64,000 nt of DNA, taken from the NCBI GenBank assembly GCA_963777835.1, contig CAVZRK010000006.1, forward strand, positions 1,186,155 to 1,250,154, read 5' to 3'. The notes under the pieces were generated by a model that saw only the letters and a program-made list of their open reading frames with translations, made no database searches and had not been told where the DNA came from. This DNA comes from an uncultured Gemmatimonadales bacterium (GTDB lineage Bacteria > Gemmatimonadota > Gemmatimonadetes > Gemmatimonadales > GWC2-71-9). The translations under genes were made by a program, and so were the position numbers. Positions 31,591-44,380 of this stretch are shown piece by piece. The first letter of the stretch is position 1. Every line of letters begins with the position of its first letter.

Positions 31591-32517
31591 ATGGCAGATC
31601 GCCGCTGGACGTTCATGGTGGTACCCGAAGGCACGGGCGCGTCCCGGGCCGTCCAGGTTTCCCAATCGGTCCTGAAGGTCGGGGCGCTTGGGCTTGGCCT
31701 GTTCGTCCTGCTGGCGCTCGTCCTCGGCTACGCCACCGTGAGCCGCAGCGTGGACCTGTCGCGCGCCGCCCGCCTCGAGCGTGAAAACCAGCAGCTCGCC
31801 GCGACGCTGGGCCAGCTCAACGCGCGCATCGCCTCCCTCTCCGACACCCTCGGCCGGATCACCCAGCGCGACGCGCGGATCCGGCTGCTGGCGAACCTCG
31901 AGCCGACCGACCCGCAGGTACTCCAGGCAGGCATCGGCGGACCGGCGCCTGCCGGTATCGCCCCGGGCGCCCCGCGCAGCGAACTCGTCCGCCAGGCCAC
32001 CGAAGTCACGGTGGACCTCGACGCGATGATCCGGCGCGCCAACCTGCTCGCCTTTTCCTTCGGCGAGGCCGCCGATAGCCTGGAGTCCCACAAGGACCGG
32101 CTCGCCGCGCTGCCCTCCATCCTGCCCACCCAGGGCTGGCTGACGAGCGCCTTCAGCTCCATGCGCGAGCATCCGGTGCTGCACGTCGCCCGGGCCCACG
32201 AGGGGATCGACGTGGTGGCCCCGATGGGCGCCCCGATCGAGGCCCCGGCCGCCGGCACGGTCATCAGCGCGGGCTGGGAAACCGGTTACGGCTACTCCGT
32301 CTCGATCGACCACGGGTACGGCATCACCACCCGCTTCGCGCACGCCTCGAAGCTGCTGGTGCGCCGGGGCGAGCGGGTGGAGCGCGGCGAGCGCATCGCG
32401 CTGGTCGGCAACACCGGCCTCGCCACCGGCCCGCACCTCCACTACGAGGTGCACGTCCGCGGCCGGGCGGTGGATCCGCTGAACTATGTGCTGCCGTCGG
32501 GGGTGGTGACGGACTAA
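31591..32517 (+). CDS. M23 family metallopeptidase with N-terminal TM and coiled-coil
   Basis: HEGIDVVAPMGAPIEAPAAGTV...GYGYSVSIDHGYGITTRFAHASK...GNTGLATGPHLHYEVH carries the HxxxD and HxH motifs of LytM/M23. Confidence 0.85.
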   Translation: MADRRWTFMVVPEGTGASRAVQVSQSVLKVGALGLGLFVLLALVLGYATVSRSVDLSRAARLERENQQLAATLGQLNARIASLSDTLGRITQRDARIRLLANLEPTDPQVLQAGIGGPAPAGIAPGAPRSELVRQATEVTVDLDAMIRRANLLAFSFGEAADSLESHKDRLAALPSILPTQGWLTSAFSSMREHPVLHVARAHEGIDVVAPMGAPIEAPAAGTVISAGWETGYGYSVSIDHGYGITTRFAHASKLLVRRGERVERGERIALVGNTGLATGPHLHYEVHVRGRAVDPLNYVLPSGVVTD

Positions 32518-32518
32518 G

Positions 32519-32550
32519 GGGCGGGGCAGCGGGGCAGCGGAGGCAGGGCC
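32519..32550. repeat. octamer array module: CGGGGCAG CGGGGCAG CGGAGGCAG GGCC
   Basis: Read directly. It is nearly identical to the string inside pdhC at 14065-14092. Confidence 0.85.
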
Positions 32551-32578
32551 GAATCTCGGGCCATTCCAGGATGCATCA

Positions 32579-32603
32579 AGGGGCAACCATGTCGGTTGCC
32601 CCT
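32579..32603 (+). terminator. stem-loop terminator candidate for the M23 peptidase gene
   Basis: Perfect 10-bp stem AGGGGCAACC / GGTTGCCCCT with loop ATGTC, followed by CGTTGTT. Confidence 0.55.
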
Positions 32604-32612
32604 CGTTGTTAC

Positions 32613-32685
32613 CGCCCTGCGGCTGCCCCGCCGTCAATTCACCTCACCCCCTGTCCCCCTCTCCACGATGTGGAGAGGGGGGACG
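32613..32685. repeat. REP-like module, copy 1: ...GCTGCCCCGCC...CCTCACCCCCTGTCCCCCTCTCCAC-GA-TGTGGAGAGGGGGGACG
   Basis: The core 32642-32685 contains the hairpin CCCCTCTCCAC / GTGGAGAGGGG. By my hand alignment it differs at about one position in 44 from 47563-47606. It sits 5 nt beyond the lemA stop. Confidence 0.85.
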
Positions 32686-32690
32686 TCTGC

Positions 32691-33260
32691 TCAGAACTGG
32701 ACTTTAGGAGTTTCCGCAGCGGCTTCATTGGTCAATTCGAAGTACTCCTTCGGCCCCGACGCGCCAAACATCTTCGCGGTCAGGTTGTAGGGGAAGGTCC
32801 GGACGAAGGTGTTGTACTGGCGTGCGGCCTGGTTGTAGTCCTGCCGGGCCACGGAGATGCGGTTCTCCGTCCCCTCCAGCTGGTCCTGCAGCTGCCGGAA
32901 GTTCTCGTTCGACTTGAGCTCCGGATAATTCTCCACGATGGCGAGCAGCCGGCCGAGCGGGGCGTTCATCGCCTGGTTCGCGTCGGCCATTTCCTGGAGG
33001 TTGCCCCCCTGCACCGCCCCCGCCAGGCGGGAGCGCGCGTCCGCCACCTCGGTGAAGATCGTGGTCTCCTGCTTCGCGAACCCCTTGACCGTCTCCACCA
33101 GGTTCGGGATCAGGTCGGCCCGGCGCTGGAGCTGGACCTTGATCTGGCTCTCGGCGCTGCTCACCTGCTCGTCGAGCGCCTGAATGCGGTTGTACCCGCA
33201 GCCGGCCAGCAGGGGGAGGAGGGCGAGTGCAGGCGCGAGGCGCATGAAGCGGCGATTCAT
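32691..33260 (-). CDS. LemA family protein
   Basis: Lipoprotein-like signal LALLPLLAGCGYN. QVQLQRRADLIPNLVETVKGFAKQETTIFTEVADARS and ENYPELKSNENFRQLQDQLEGTENRISVARQDYN are the LemA signature. Confidence 0.85.
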   Translation of the reverse strand: MNRRFMRLAPALALLPLLAGCGYNRIQALDEQVSSAESQIKVQLQRRADLIPNLVETVKGFAKQETTIFTEVADARSRLAGAVQGGNLQEMADANQAMNAPLGRLLAIVENYPELKSNENFRQLQDQLEGTENRISVARQDYNQAARQYNTFVRTFPYNLTAKMFGASGPKEYFELTNEAAAETPKVQF

Positions 33261-33979
33261 GGACGGTCTCCGGGGGACAGGTTATCGATGTAGCGGACCG
33301 TGGACTCCACGGCCGCGATGTATCCGGCAAAACAGTCGGGCGTGCAACTCCACTCCCCGTCGCCGAGGTGGGCGAGCACCTCGGACAGGTGCGCCGGGGG
33401 AAAGCCGGCGACGAGACTCGCCGTGGCGGCGACGTCCGCCCGGGTGGGCGGCAGCTGCGCGCCCGCCAGCACGAGCGCGCAGCGGAGCAGGACCACCACC
33501 GAGGGCGCCGTGTCGCGTGCCAGCCCCGCCAGGGCGCCGGGATCGGCCGCCAGCGCCACGAACCCCTGCCGCAGCCGAAGGAGCCGCCCCCGCAGGTCCC
33601 GCTCGAGCGCGGCGCGAAGGTCAGCCGGGCGGACGCTCACGTCCGCCAGCGGGTCGTCGCCACGAAGCACGCGGTAGGCGCTCCGGATGTCGGTGATCTC
33701 GACCGGGAAGACGTCGGCGGCGCGGCGCCACTCCGCGCGGGACAGCAGGAGGGGCGGAGGCTGGCGCGACTTGGCCCAGAAGGCGAATGGCGTGGCCAGG
33801 GCGCCGAGTACGTCGGGCGAGGCGGACTCGAGCACGAGGAGCAGGTTCACGTCCGACCAGCCCTCGAGGTACTCCCCGCGCGCCACGGAGCCGTGGAGCA
33901 CGGCGCTGTAGCCGCGGCCGAGGAGCCGGTCGCACTCGCGCAGGAACGGCTCGACCAGGGTCTGCACCACGTCCGCCAT
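33257..33979 (-). CDS. nucleotidyltransferase-domain protein (Pol-beta superfamily) with helical C-terminal domain
   Basis: YSAVLHGSVARGEYLEGWSDVNLLLVL corresponds to the hG[GS]x9-13 D-x-[DE] minimal NTase motif, but reads D-V-N. ATGA overlap with lemA, and abuts the TPM gene stop. Confidence 0.55.
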   Translation of the reverse strand: MADVVQTLVEPFLRECDRLLGRGYSAVLHGSVARGEYLEGWSDVNLLLVLESASPDVLGALATPFAFWAKSRQPPPLLLSRAEWRRAADVFPVEITDIRSAYRVLRGDDPLADVSVRPADLRAALERDLRGRLLRLRQGFVALAADPGALAGLARDTAPSVVVLLRCALVLAGAQLPPTRADVAATASLVAGFPPAHLSEVLAHLGDGEWSCTPDCFAGYIAAVESTVRYIDNLSPGDRP

Positions 33980-34819
33980 CTAGAACCTCCCGCCGGCGCC
34001 GCCGCCACTGAATCCACCGCCGCCACCGAACCCACCGAAGCCGCCTCCCCCACCACCGAATCCGCCCCCGAAACCACCCCCGCCCCAGCCTCCGCCGCCA
34101 CCGCCCCAATATACGTGCGGCGAACGGCGGTGCCGCCGGCCACCGCCCGACGTCGGAGGCCCACCCCCGCGGGCGGCGAGGGCGATCGTCACGACCACGA
34201 TGATGCCGATCACCAAGAGAAAGAGCAGGAGACCCTTCGACACGGGATGCCGGCGGCCCGGCTCGGTGAGCGTGGTGTCGGTGGCACCCAGGCCGCGGGC
34301 GACCAGCGCGGCCAGCAGCCGGCTCCCCGTCACGAGCCCGGGGCCGTACTGCCCGATCCGCAGCTCGGGAATCATTGCGTCCCGGATCCCGCCCGCGGCG
34401 GCGTCGGTGACGATCCCCTCGAGGCCCTGCCCCGTGCTGATGAAGATCTGCCCCGAGTTCGGCTCCCCCTCGCGGCGTGGGACCAGCAGCACCACCACGC
34501 CGGCGTTCCGGCGGGCGTCGCCGATTTCGGCCGCCTGCCCGACCCCCCACGCACGGCCGATGGCCAGCGCAACGTCGGAAGCGGGGTAGTCGCCGATGGT
34601 GGGGAGCGTCACCACCGCCATCTCCGCGCCGGTCACGGCACGGAGCCGCGCGGCGAGCGAGTCGATCGTGGCCGCCGAGGCCGGGTCCACGACACCCGCC
34701 ACGTCCGTCAGGTAGCCGGTGGGCCGGGCCGGGAAGAGCGTGTCCGCCGGCTGCTGGGCGGAGAGCGCCCCGGTGCCGAATGCGAGTTGAAGCGCAAGCG
34801 CGAGCCCGATAGGTTTCAT
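33980..34819 (-). CDS. TPM-domain protein (YgcG-like) with TM helix and Gly-rich tail
   Basis: ATG 34819. LTDVAGVVDPASAATIDSLAARLRAVTGAEMAVVTLPTIG...RRNAGVVVLLVPR...IFISTGQGLEG is the TPM fold signature. The C-terminus is GGGGGGWGGGGFGGGFGGGGGGFGGFGGGGGFSGGGAGGRF. Confidence 0.8.
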   Translation of the reverse strand: MKPIGLALALQLAFGTGALSAQQPADTLFPARPTGYLTDVAGVVDPASAATIDSLAARLRAVTGAEMAVVTLPTIGDYPASDVALAIGRAWGVGQAAEIGDARRNAGVVVLLVPRREGEPNSGQIFISTGQGLEGIVTDAAAGGIRDAMIPELRIGQYGPGLVTGSRLLAALVARGLGATDTTLTEPGRRHPVSKGLLLFLLVIGIIVVVTIALAARGGGPPTSGGGRRHRRSPHVYWGGGGGGWGGGGFGGGFGGGGGGFGGFGGGGGFSGGGAGGRF

Positions 34820-34858
34820 GCGTCCTGTCACCTTTCGATTCCCGCCTTCGAGCCGCCT

Positions 34859-35602
34859 GTGTCCCGCTGGTGCATCGTCCTGCTCCTCCTCGGCGCCGCC
34901 TGCCAGCGGCAGCGCGATGTCACCGTGTTGGCCTCGATCCCCGGACTCGACGCCGCCGGCAATCCCACGGCGGGTTTCTCCTTCGTGGCGCTCCCCTACG
35001 ACCGGGACAGCCTCGTCGCCGTGTTCGAGGGCCGGGCCCGGACCCCCAAGCCCGCCACTGCGGCGCTGGACAGCCTCTTCGCGCAGTACCGGGCGCCGTT
35101 CGCCGCATACACCGCCGTCGTCGCGGAGATCGACCGGTACGGCGACACCCTGACGGCACTCAAGGCGCGCCTCGAGACCATGGACCGCAACAGCCCCGAG
35201 TACGACGAGGCATACCGCCGCTGGGTCGGCATCCGCGACTCGATGCGGGCCATCGACGCCCAGGCGGCCAGGGCTCGCGCCGACCTGAACGCGGCGCGCC
35301 CCGAGTTCGTGGCCAGGAGCGAGTCGCTGCGCGCGCTCATCCGCGACTGGCAAGATAGCACCTACCGCGGCTACGACAGGGCGGTGGATTCGATCGTCCG
35401 TGCCCGCCACCGGGAGCCGGTGGCCGACACCACCGACGCCTCCGGCACCGCGGTGCTGAGGCTCCGCGGCGGCCCCTGGTGGATCTACGCCCGCTCCTGG
35501 GACCCGAACGACCCGAACGCCGAATGGTACTGGAACGTCCCCGTCGCTTCCGACACCGTCCGTCTCGACGCCACCACCGGCGTCAACCGCCCACGCTACT
35601 GA
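34859..35602 (+). CDS. hypothetical lipoprotein
   Basis: GTG 34859 gives VSRWCIVLLLLGAAC (lipobox). The remainder is coiled-coil-like, ending WYWNVPVASDTVRLD. The upstream 1.5 kb of the 744-aa ORF is antisense read-through. Confidence 0.5.
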   Translation: MSRWCIVLLLLGAACQRQRDVTVLASIPGLDAAGNPTAGFSFVALPYDRDSLVAVFEGRARTPKPATAALDSLFAQYRAPFAAYTAVVAEIDRYGDTLTALKARLETMDRNSPEYDEAYRRWVGIRDSMRAIDAQAARARADLNAARPEFVARSESLRALIRDWQDSTYRGYDRAVDSIVRARHREPVADTTDASGTAVLRLRGGPWWIYARSWDPNDPNAEWYWNVPVASDTVRLDATTGVNRPRY

Positions 35603-35615
35603 CCTGGACCCGATC

Positions 35616-36221
35616 ATGCGCCTCGCCCTGCCGCTGCTCGCCCTTCTGGCCCTCGCCACTCCCGCCCGCGCCCAGGATCCGATGGCCGCGCGCACCAAGG
35701 GGAGCGCCTCCGCGCCGGTGACCGTCTACGAGATGTCGGACTTCCAGTGTCCGTACTGCGCGCGGTTCGCGTTGGAGATCTTCCCGACGCTCGATGCGGA
35801 GTACATCCAGACCGGGAAGGTCCGCTGGATCTTCGTCAACTTCCCGCTGCCCATGCATCCCAACGCCACCCCAGCCGCCGAGGTGGCGATGTGCGCGGCC
35901 AAGCAGGGGAAGTTCTGGCCGGTGCACGACCTTCTCTTCCGGAACCAGAAGACCTGGGCGCCGCTCACGGCGCCGGCGGAGTATTTCCTCACCTTCGCCG
36001 ACTCAGCGTCGCTCGACCGCACCGCGTTCCAGGCATGCCTCAGCACCGATGCGACGCTCGCGGAGGTGAAGAGCGACGCGGAGGCGGCGGTCCGCTCCGG
36101 CGCGAAGAGCACGCCGAGCTTCTATATCGAGGGTGGGATCATGGCGGGGGCGCAGCCGCTCACCGTCTTCCGGCCGATCCTGGATTCGGTGTACGCCGCG
36201 AAGACGGCGCCGGCGAAGTAG
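35616..36221 (+). CDS. DsbA-family thiol:disulfide oxidoreductase
   Basis: Signal peptide LALLALATPARAQ. VTVYEMSDFQCPYCARF carries the CPYC active site within a DsbA-like layout. Confidence 0.8.
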   Translation: MRLALPLLALLALATPARAQDPMAARTKGSASAPVTVYEMSDFQCPYCARFALEIFPTLDAEYIQTGKVRWIFVNFPLPMHPNATPAAEVAMCAAKQGKFWPVHDLLFRNQKTWAPLTAPAEYFLTFADSASLDRTAFQACLSTDATLAEVKSDAEAAVRSGAKSTPSFYIEGGIMAGAQPLTVFRPILDSVYAAKTAPAK

Positions 36222-36226
36222 GATCG

Positions 36227-36320
36227 CTGTCATTGCGAGGAGGCCCCGCAGGGCCGACGAAGCAATCTCGGCGGCTGCGATCGAGATTGCTTCGGCCTCT
36301 ACGAGGCCTCGCAATGACAG
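36227..36320. repeat. large imperfect palindrome filling the convergent intergenic gap (CTGTCATTGCGAGGAGGCCCCGCAGGGCCGACGAAGCAATCTCG ... CGAGATTGCTTCGGCCTCTACGAGGCCTCGCAATGACAG)
   Basis: Read directly. Arms are 36227-36270 and 36282-36320. It probably acts as a bidirectional terminator. Confidence 0.85.
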
Positions 36321-36328
36321 AAGTGATG

Positions 36329-37069
36329 CTACGCCAGCGTCAGTGACAGGAACACGTCGTACAGCGCGTGGGTCCAGGCGGTGATGCCGAAGCCGCGCAG
36401 CAGGTAGAGCGCGCTGAACAGCACGCCGGCCACCGCCCGGAAGGTGAACGAGCCGAGTTCGAGCACGTCGCCGTAGGGGCCGATGTAGTGGAAGGCGGAA
36501 AAGACGACCGCGCCGATCAGGACCGCGAACACCCCCGACGCCCAGGGCGCCCACCCGAAGCCGACCCGCGCCAGCCGGGCCAGCAGCGACACGAGCAGCA
36601 CCCGGAAGAGCAGTTCCTCGTAGAGCCCAGCCCCGAGCGAAATCATCATCTGCGTCGGCAGGTCGAACCCTGCCATCGGCCCCGCGCTGAGCGGGGTCGC
36701 CGCGCGGAGGATGAGCCCGGTCAGGGTACCCGCCACCAGCCCGAACGCCAGCGCGTAGACCACCGACTCGGCCATCATTCCCACGAAGTAGCGCGGCGTG
36801 AGGGTGCCGCCCCGCCGCATGTCCCGCCACACCAGCACCGCCGACACCCCAACCAGCGCCAGCCCGAACACGAGGAGCCCGTCCCGGCCCCCGAGCCAGA
36901 GGAATGCGCTCTTGAGCAGGACGTCGGCGCCGTTCCGGACGCCGCTGATGGCGTCGCCGGAGAGCAGGAAGGCCAGCCCCTCGTACGCGAGCAGGAGCGG
37001 GAGCGCGTAGAGGAGGCTGTAGCGCGGGGCGCGGGTGTCCCGCCAGTAGGATGGGGCGGTCGGTGGCAT
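36329..37069 (-). CDS. CPBP family intramembrane glutamic endopeptidase (CAAX protease-like)
   Basis: ATG 37069 (MPPTAPSYW...). Multi-TM protein with GLYEELLFRVLL (EExxxR), FSAFHY and HALYDVF motifs. The 5' part of the 293-aa ORF runs through the repeat. Confidence 0.75.
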   Translation of the reverse strand: MPPTAPSYWRDTRAPRYSLLYALPLLLAYEGLAFLLSGDAISGVRNGADVLLKSAFLWLGGRDGLLVFGLALVGVSAVLVWRDMRRGGTLTPRYFVGMMAESVVYALAFGLVAGTLTGLILRAATPLSAGPMAGFDLPTQMMISLGAGLYEELLFRVLLVSLLARLARVGFGWAPWASGVFAVLIGAVVFSAFHYIGPYGDVLELGSFTFRAVAGVLFSALYLLRGFGITAWTHALYDVFLSLTLA

Positions 37070-37084
37070 GCCGGAATCTAGCCC

Positions 37085-37130
37085 CGAGATTGCTTCGTCG
37101 GCCCCTCGCGGGGCCTCCTCGCAATGACAG
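37085..37130. repeat. third arm of the CATTGCGAGG palindrome family (CGAGATTGCTTCGTCGGCCCCTCGCGGGGCCTCCTCGCAATGACAG)
   Basis: Near-exact reverse complement of 36227-36270 and in the same orientation as 36282-36320. Confidence 0.85.
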
Positions 37131-37140
37131 AAATCACCTC

Positions 37141-37172
37141 CTGCCCCCCTGCCCCGCTGCCCCGCTGCCCCG
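37141..37172. repeat. four tandem octamers CTGCCCCC CTGCCCCG CTGCCCCG CTGCCCCG
   Basis: Read directly. It lies 46 nt upstream of the waaA ATG. The complementary strand has four or more GGGG tracts separated by CAGC. Confidence 0.9.
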
Positions 37173-37217
37173 CCCGAAGGCCTTGCCGAACTCCCCCGAG
37201 GCCGGGACATTCCGGCG

Positions 37218-38525
37218 ATGCCATCGACCTCTCCCCTCTACCGGGTGTCCGCCCGTCTCGCCTCGGCACTCGTGCCGCTGGCGGGCCTCGCGAACGAGAA
37301 GGTGGCGCGGAGCCACGACGGGCGCCGTGGCGCGGTGGACCGGCTGGTGGCGTGGGGCAAGCGCTCGCGCGACCCAGCGCGGCCGCTCCTCTGGCTCCAC
37401 GCCCCCTCCGTCGGCGAGGGGCTGCAGGCCGAAAGCGTCCTCATGGCCGTCCGCCGCCGGCATCCCGACTGGCAGTACGTGTACACCTGGTTCAGCCCGT
37501 CCGCCGAGTCGCTGGGGCGGCGCCTCCCGGTGGATGTCGCCGATTACCTCCCGTACGACCTCCCCGGTCAGGCCGACGCCCTGCTCGCGGCGCTCCGGCC
37601 CGACGTGCTGGCCTTTGCCAAGCTCGACCTCTGGCCCGAACTCGCCACCCGCGCAACGGCCGCCGGTACCCGAGTGATCATGGTGGCCGCGACGGTGGCC
37701 CCTGGGAGCGGCCGGCTCCGGTGGCCGGTGCGCGAGCTCCTCCGACCAGGCTACGCGAGCCTGTCGCTGGCCGGCGCCATCTCCGCCGACGACGCCGCAC
37801 GCCTCCAACAGCTCGGCGCACTGCCCGGGCGGATCCGCGTCACCGGCGACCCCCGCTTCGACAGCGTGGTCGAGAAGGTGCGCGCGGTCCGCCCCGACGA
37901 CCCGCTGCTCCGCTTCGGGAAGGGCGCTCCGACGATGGTGGCGGGGTCCACCTGGCCAGCCGACGAGCGGGTGATCCTCGACGCCTTCGCGCGGCTGCAC
38001 GTGCACCGCCCCGACGCGCGACTCATCCTCGTCCCCCACGAACCGACGGAGGCGCACCTGGCCCCCATCGAGCGCGAGGCCGCCCGGCTCGGCCTCCCGA
38101 GCCCGGTGCGTCTCAGCGCGGCGGGCGACTCCCCCGTCCCCTTCCTCCTGGTGGACCGTGTCGGTGTGCTGGCCGCCCTCTATGCCTCGGCGGGGATGGC
38201 ATACGTCGGCGGCGGGTTTGGCCGCGCAGGGTTGCACTCGGTGTTGGAACCGGCGGCGTGCGGGATACCGGTGGTCTTCGGCCCCCGGTGGCACAACAGC
38301 CGCGACGCGGGGCTGCTGCTCGCGGCGGGCGGGGCGGAATCGCTGTCGGAGTTCGGGACGGAGGAGGCGGGCGAGGCGCTGCACGCACTCTGGCGCGGCT
38401 GGCTCGACAACGAAACGCGCCGCCTGACCCAGGGTCAGGCGGCGCGCGCGGTGGTCGAACAGGGACTCGGGGCGGCCGAGGCGTCGGCGGCGCTGGTGGA
38501 GGAGGCGGCGCGGCGCCCTACCTGA
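37218..38525 (+). CDS. waaA: 3-deoxy-D-manno-octulosonic acid (Kdo) transferase
   Basis: LLWLHAPSVGEGLQAESVLMAV (Glycos_transf_N motif), the DLWPEL block and GGGFGRAGLHSVLEPAACGIPVVFGP are typical of KdtA/WaaA. Confidence 0.85.
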   Translation: MPSTSPLYRVSARLASALVPLAGLANEKVARSHDGRRGAVDRLVAWGKRSRDPARPLLWLHAPSVGEGLQAESVLMAVRRRHPDWQYVYTWFSPSAESLGRRLPVDVADYLPYDLPGQADALLAALRPDVLAFAKLDLWPELATRATAAGTRVIMVAATVAPGSGRLRWPVRELLRPGYASLSLAGAISADDAARLQQLGALPGRIRVTGDPRFDSVVEKVRAVRPDDPLLRFGKGAPTMVAGSTWPADERVILDAFARLHVHRPDARLILVPHEPTEAHLAPIEREAARLGLPSPVRLSAAGDSPVPFLLVDRVGVLAALYASAGMAYVGGGFGRAGLHSVLEPAACGIPVVFGPRWHNSRDAGLLLAAGGAESLSEFGTEEAGEALHALWRGWLDNETRRLTQGQAARAVVEQGLGAAEASAALVEEAARRPT

Positions 38526-38895
38526 CGACGATTCCTTCCGCGGTGACGGTGCGCGGCACGATGATGCCGACGGTCAGCACGGTGACCAGCACGTCGGACC
38601 AGCGGCTCCGCACCTTGATCTTGACGTCCACGAGCGCCTTCCCGCCGACGAGCTGACCGGCGAGCGTCTGGTGCAGCGCCGGGCCGCTGATCGCGGTGAT
38701 CCCCCACAACGCATAGACCGCCTTGCCGGTCACGCTGAAGCGCTCCCCGCCGGGGGGCATCGGCGTGCCCGCGGCGGAGGCCAGCGTGACCGGGACACCG
38801 ACGCGCGTCGCGTCGATGTTCTGGACGCAGCCGCCCAGGAGGACGGCGGCGAGCGGCAGCACCCTCAGCGCGCGCCTCACAGGCCGAACGACCAC
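38518..38895 (-). CDS. Bor-like lipoprotein, putative
   Basis: Signal and lipobox LPLAAVLLGGC. The C-terminus VLVTVLTVGIIVPRTVTAEGIVV resembles the Bor/Iss family. An alternative GTG start at 38880 forms a GTGA overlap with the upstream stop. Confidence 0.45.
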   Translation of the reverse strand: MVVRPVRRALRVLPLAAVLLGGCVQNIDATRVGVPVTLASAAGTPMPPGGERFSVTGKAVYALWGITAISGPALHQTLAGQLVGGKALVDVKIKVRSRWSDVLVTVLTVGIIVPRTVTAEGIVVR

Positions 38896-39521
38896 TTGGC
38901 GCCGACCGACCAGGTCGACGGGTTCTCAGGATCGCCGTCCACCCAGTCGTAGGCGGTGCGCAGGCCGAGCCCGAAGACGAACGCGACGTCGAGCCCAGCG
39001 CTGTAGCCGAAGGCCGACTCGTCGCCGCTCGCCACGCCGGAATAGGAGGCGTAGTCCCACCGAGGCGCGAACCAGGGCTTCAGGCCGAAGATGGGGAGCG
39101 GTATCGTGAGCCCGATGCCCACGCCCACGGGCACATGGGTCACCTTGAGCCCGTCGAGGTCGGCGTAGCCCACACCGGCCTGCAGGTTGACGAAGAACGG
39201 CACCAGGGGACCGCCGATGACGCGGAGGTTGGCGGTCCCGCCGTAGACGCCCGTCGAGGTCCCGCCGTCGGGCTCGGTGCCGCCCAGCGTGGCGGTGAAG
39301 CCGAGCATGCCGAGGCCGATGGCGCCAGTGGCGGCGTAGGTGGTGCCGCCGCCGGCCGCGTCATTCGGGAAGCCGACGTCGCCGGCGACGAGGATGCCGC
39401 GGGGCACGCCGTTGTTCATGACGGGGAGCCGGGGTACCTGCGCCGCCAGGGGCGGGGCGGGCGGCAGCGAGGCAGCGAGGGCAGTCAACGCCGCGAGGGC
39501 GGCCAGCCGACGGATCATCAA
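38877..39521 (-). CDS. outer-membrane beta-barrel protein
   Basis: Signal peptide MMIRRLAALAALTALAASLPPAPPLAAQ, with a Gly/aromatic-rich alternating strand pattern ending WSVGAKWSFGL. Confidence 0.6.
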   Translation of the reverse strand: MMIRRLAALAALTALAASLPPAPPLAAQVPRLPVMNNGVPRGILVAGDVGFPNDAAGGGTTYAATGAIGLGMLGFTATLGGTEPDGGTSTGVYGGTANLRVIGGPLVPFFVNLQAGVGYADLDGLKVTHVPVGVGIGLTIPLPIFGLKPWFAPRWDYASYSGVASGDESAFGYSAGLDVAFVFGLGLRTAYDWVDGDPENPSTWSVGAKWSFGL

Positions 39522-39547
39522 GCGCTCCGTTCGAAGGATCGAGGCGG

Positions 39548-44324
<4,777 letters not shown>

Positions 44325-44380
44325 GTGTGTGGTCGCCTGTGTCACCAGAAGGGGTGAGGAGAATCGGTTCGTCTACAGCT

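Noticed and set aside
31435-32637. A 400-aa minus-strand ORF opposite the M23 peptidase gene.
   Set aside because: It has no recognisable motifs and an Arg/Gly-rich composition. The plus strand encodes a clear LytM/M23 protein with HxxxD and HxH.
33368-35602. A 744-aa plus-strand ORF spanning the NTase and TPM region.
   Set aside because: Only the last roughly 247 codons (from GTG 34859, lipobox) look like protein. The upstream part is antisense read-through of the NTase and TPM genes, with an Arg/Gly/Pro-rich translation.
36003-37124. A 373-aa minus-strand ORF overlapping the CPBP gene in another frame.
   Set aside because: The translation is Arg/Pro/Gly/Ala-rich and runs through the palindromic repeats. 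The 36329-37069 frame carries the CPBP EExxxR, FxxxH and HxxxD-like motifs.
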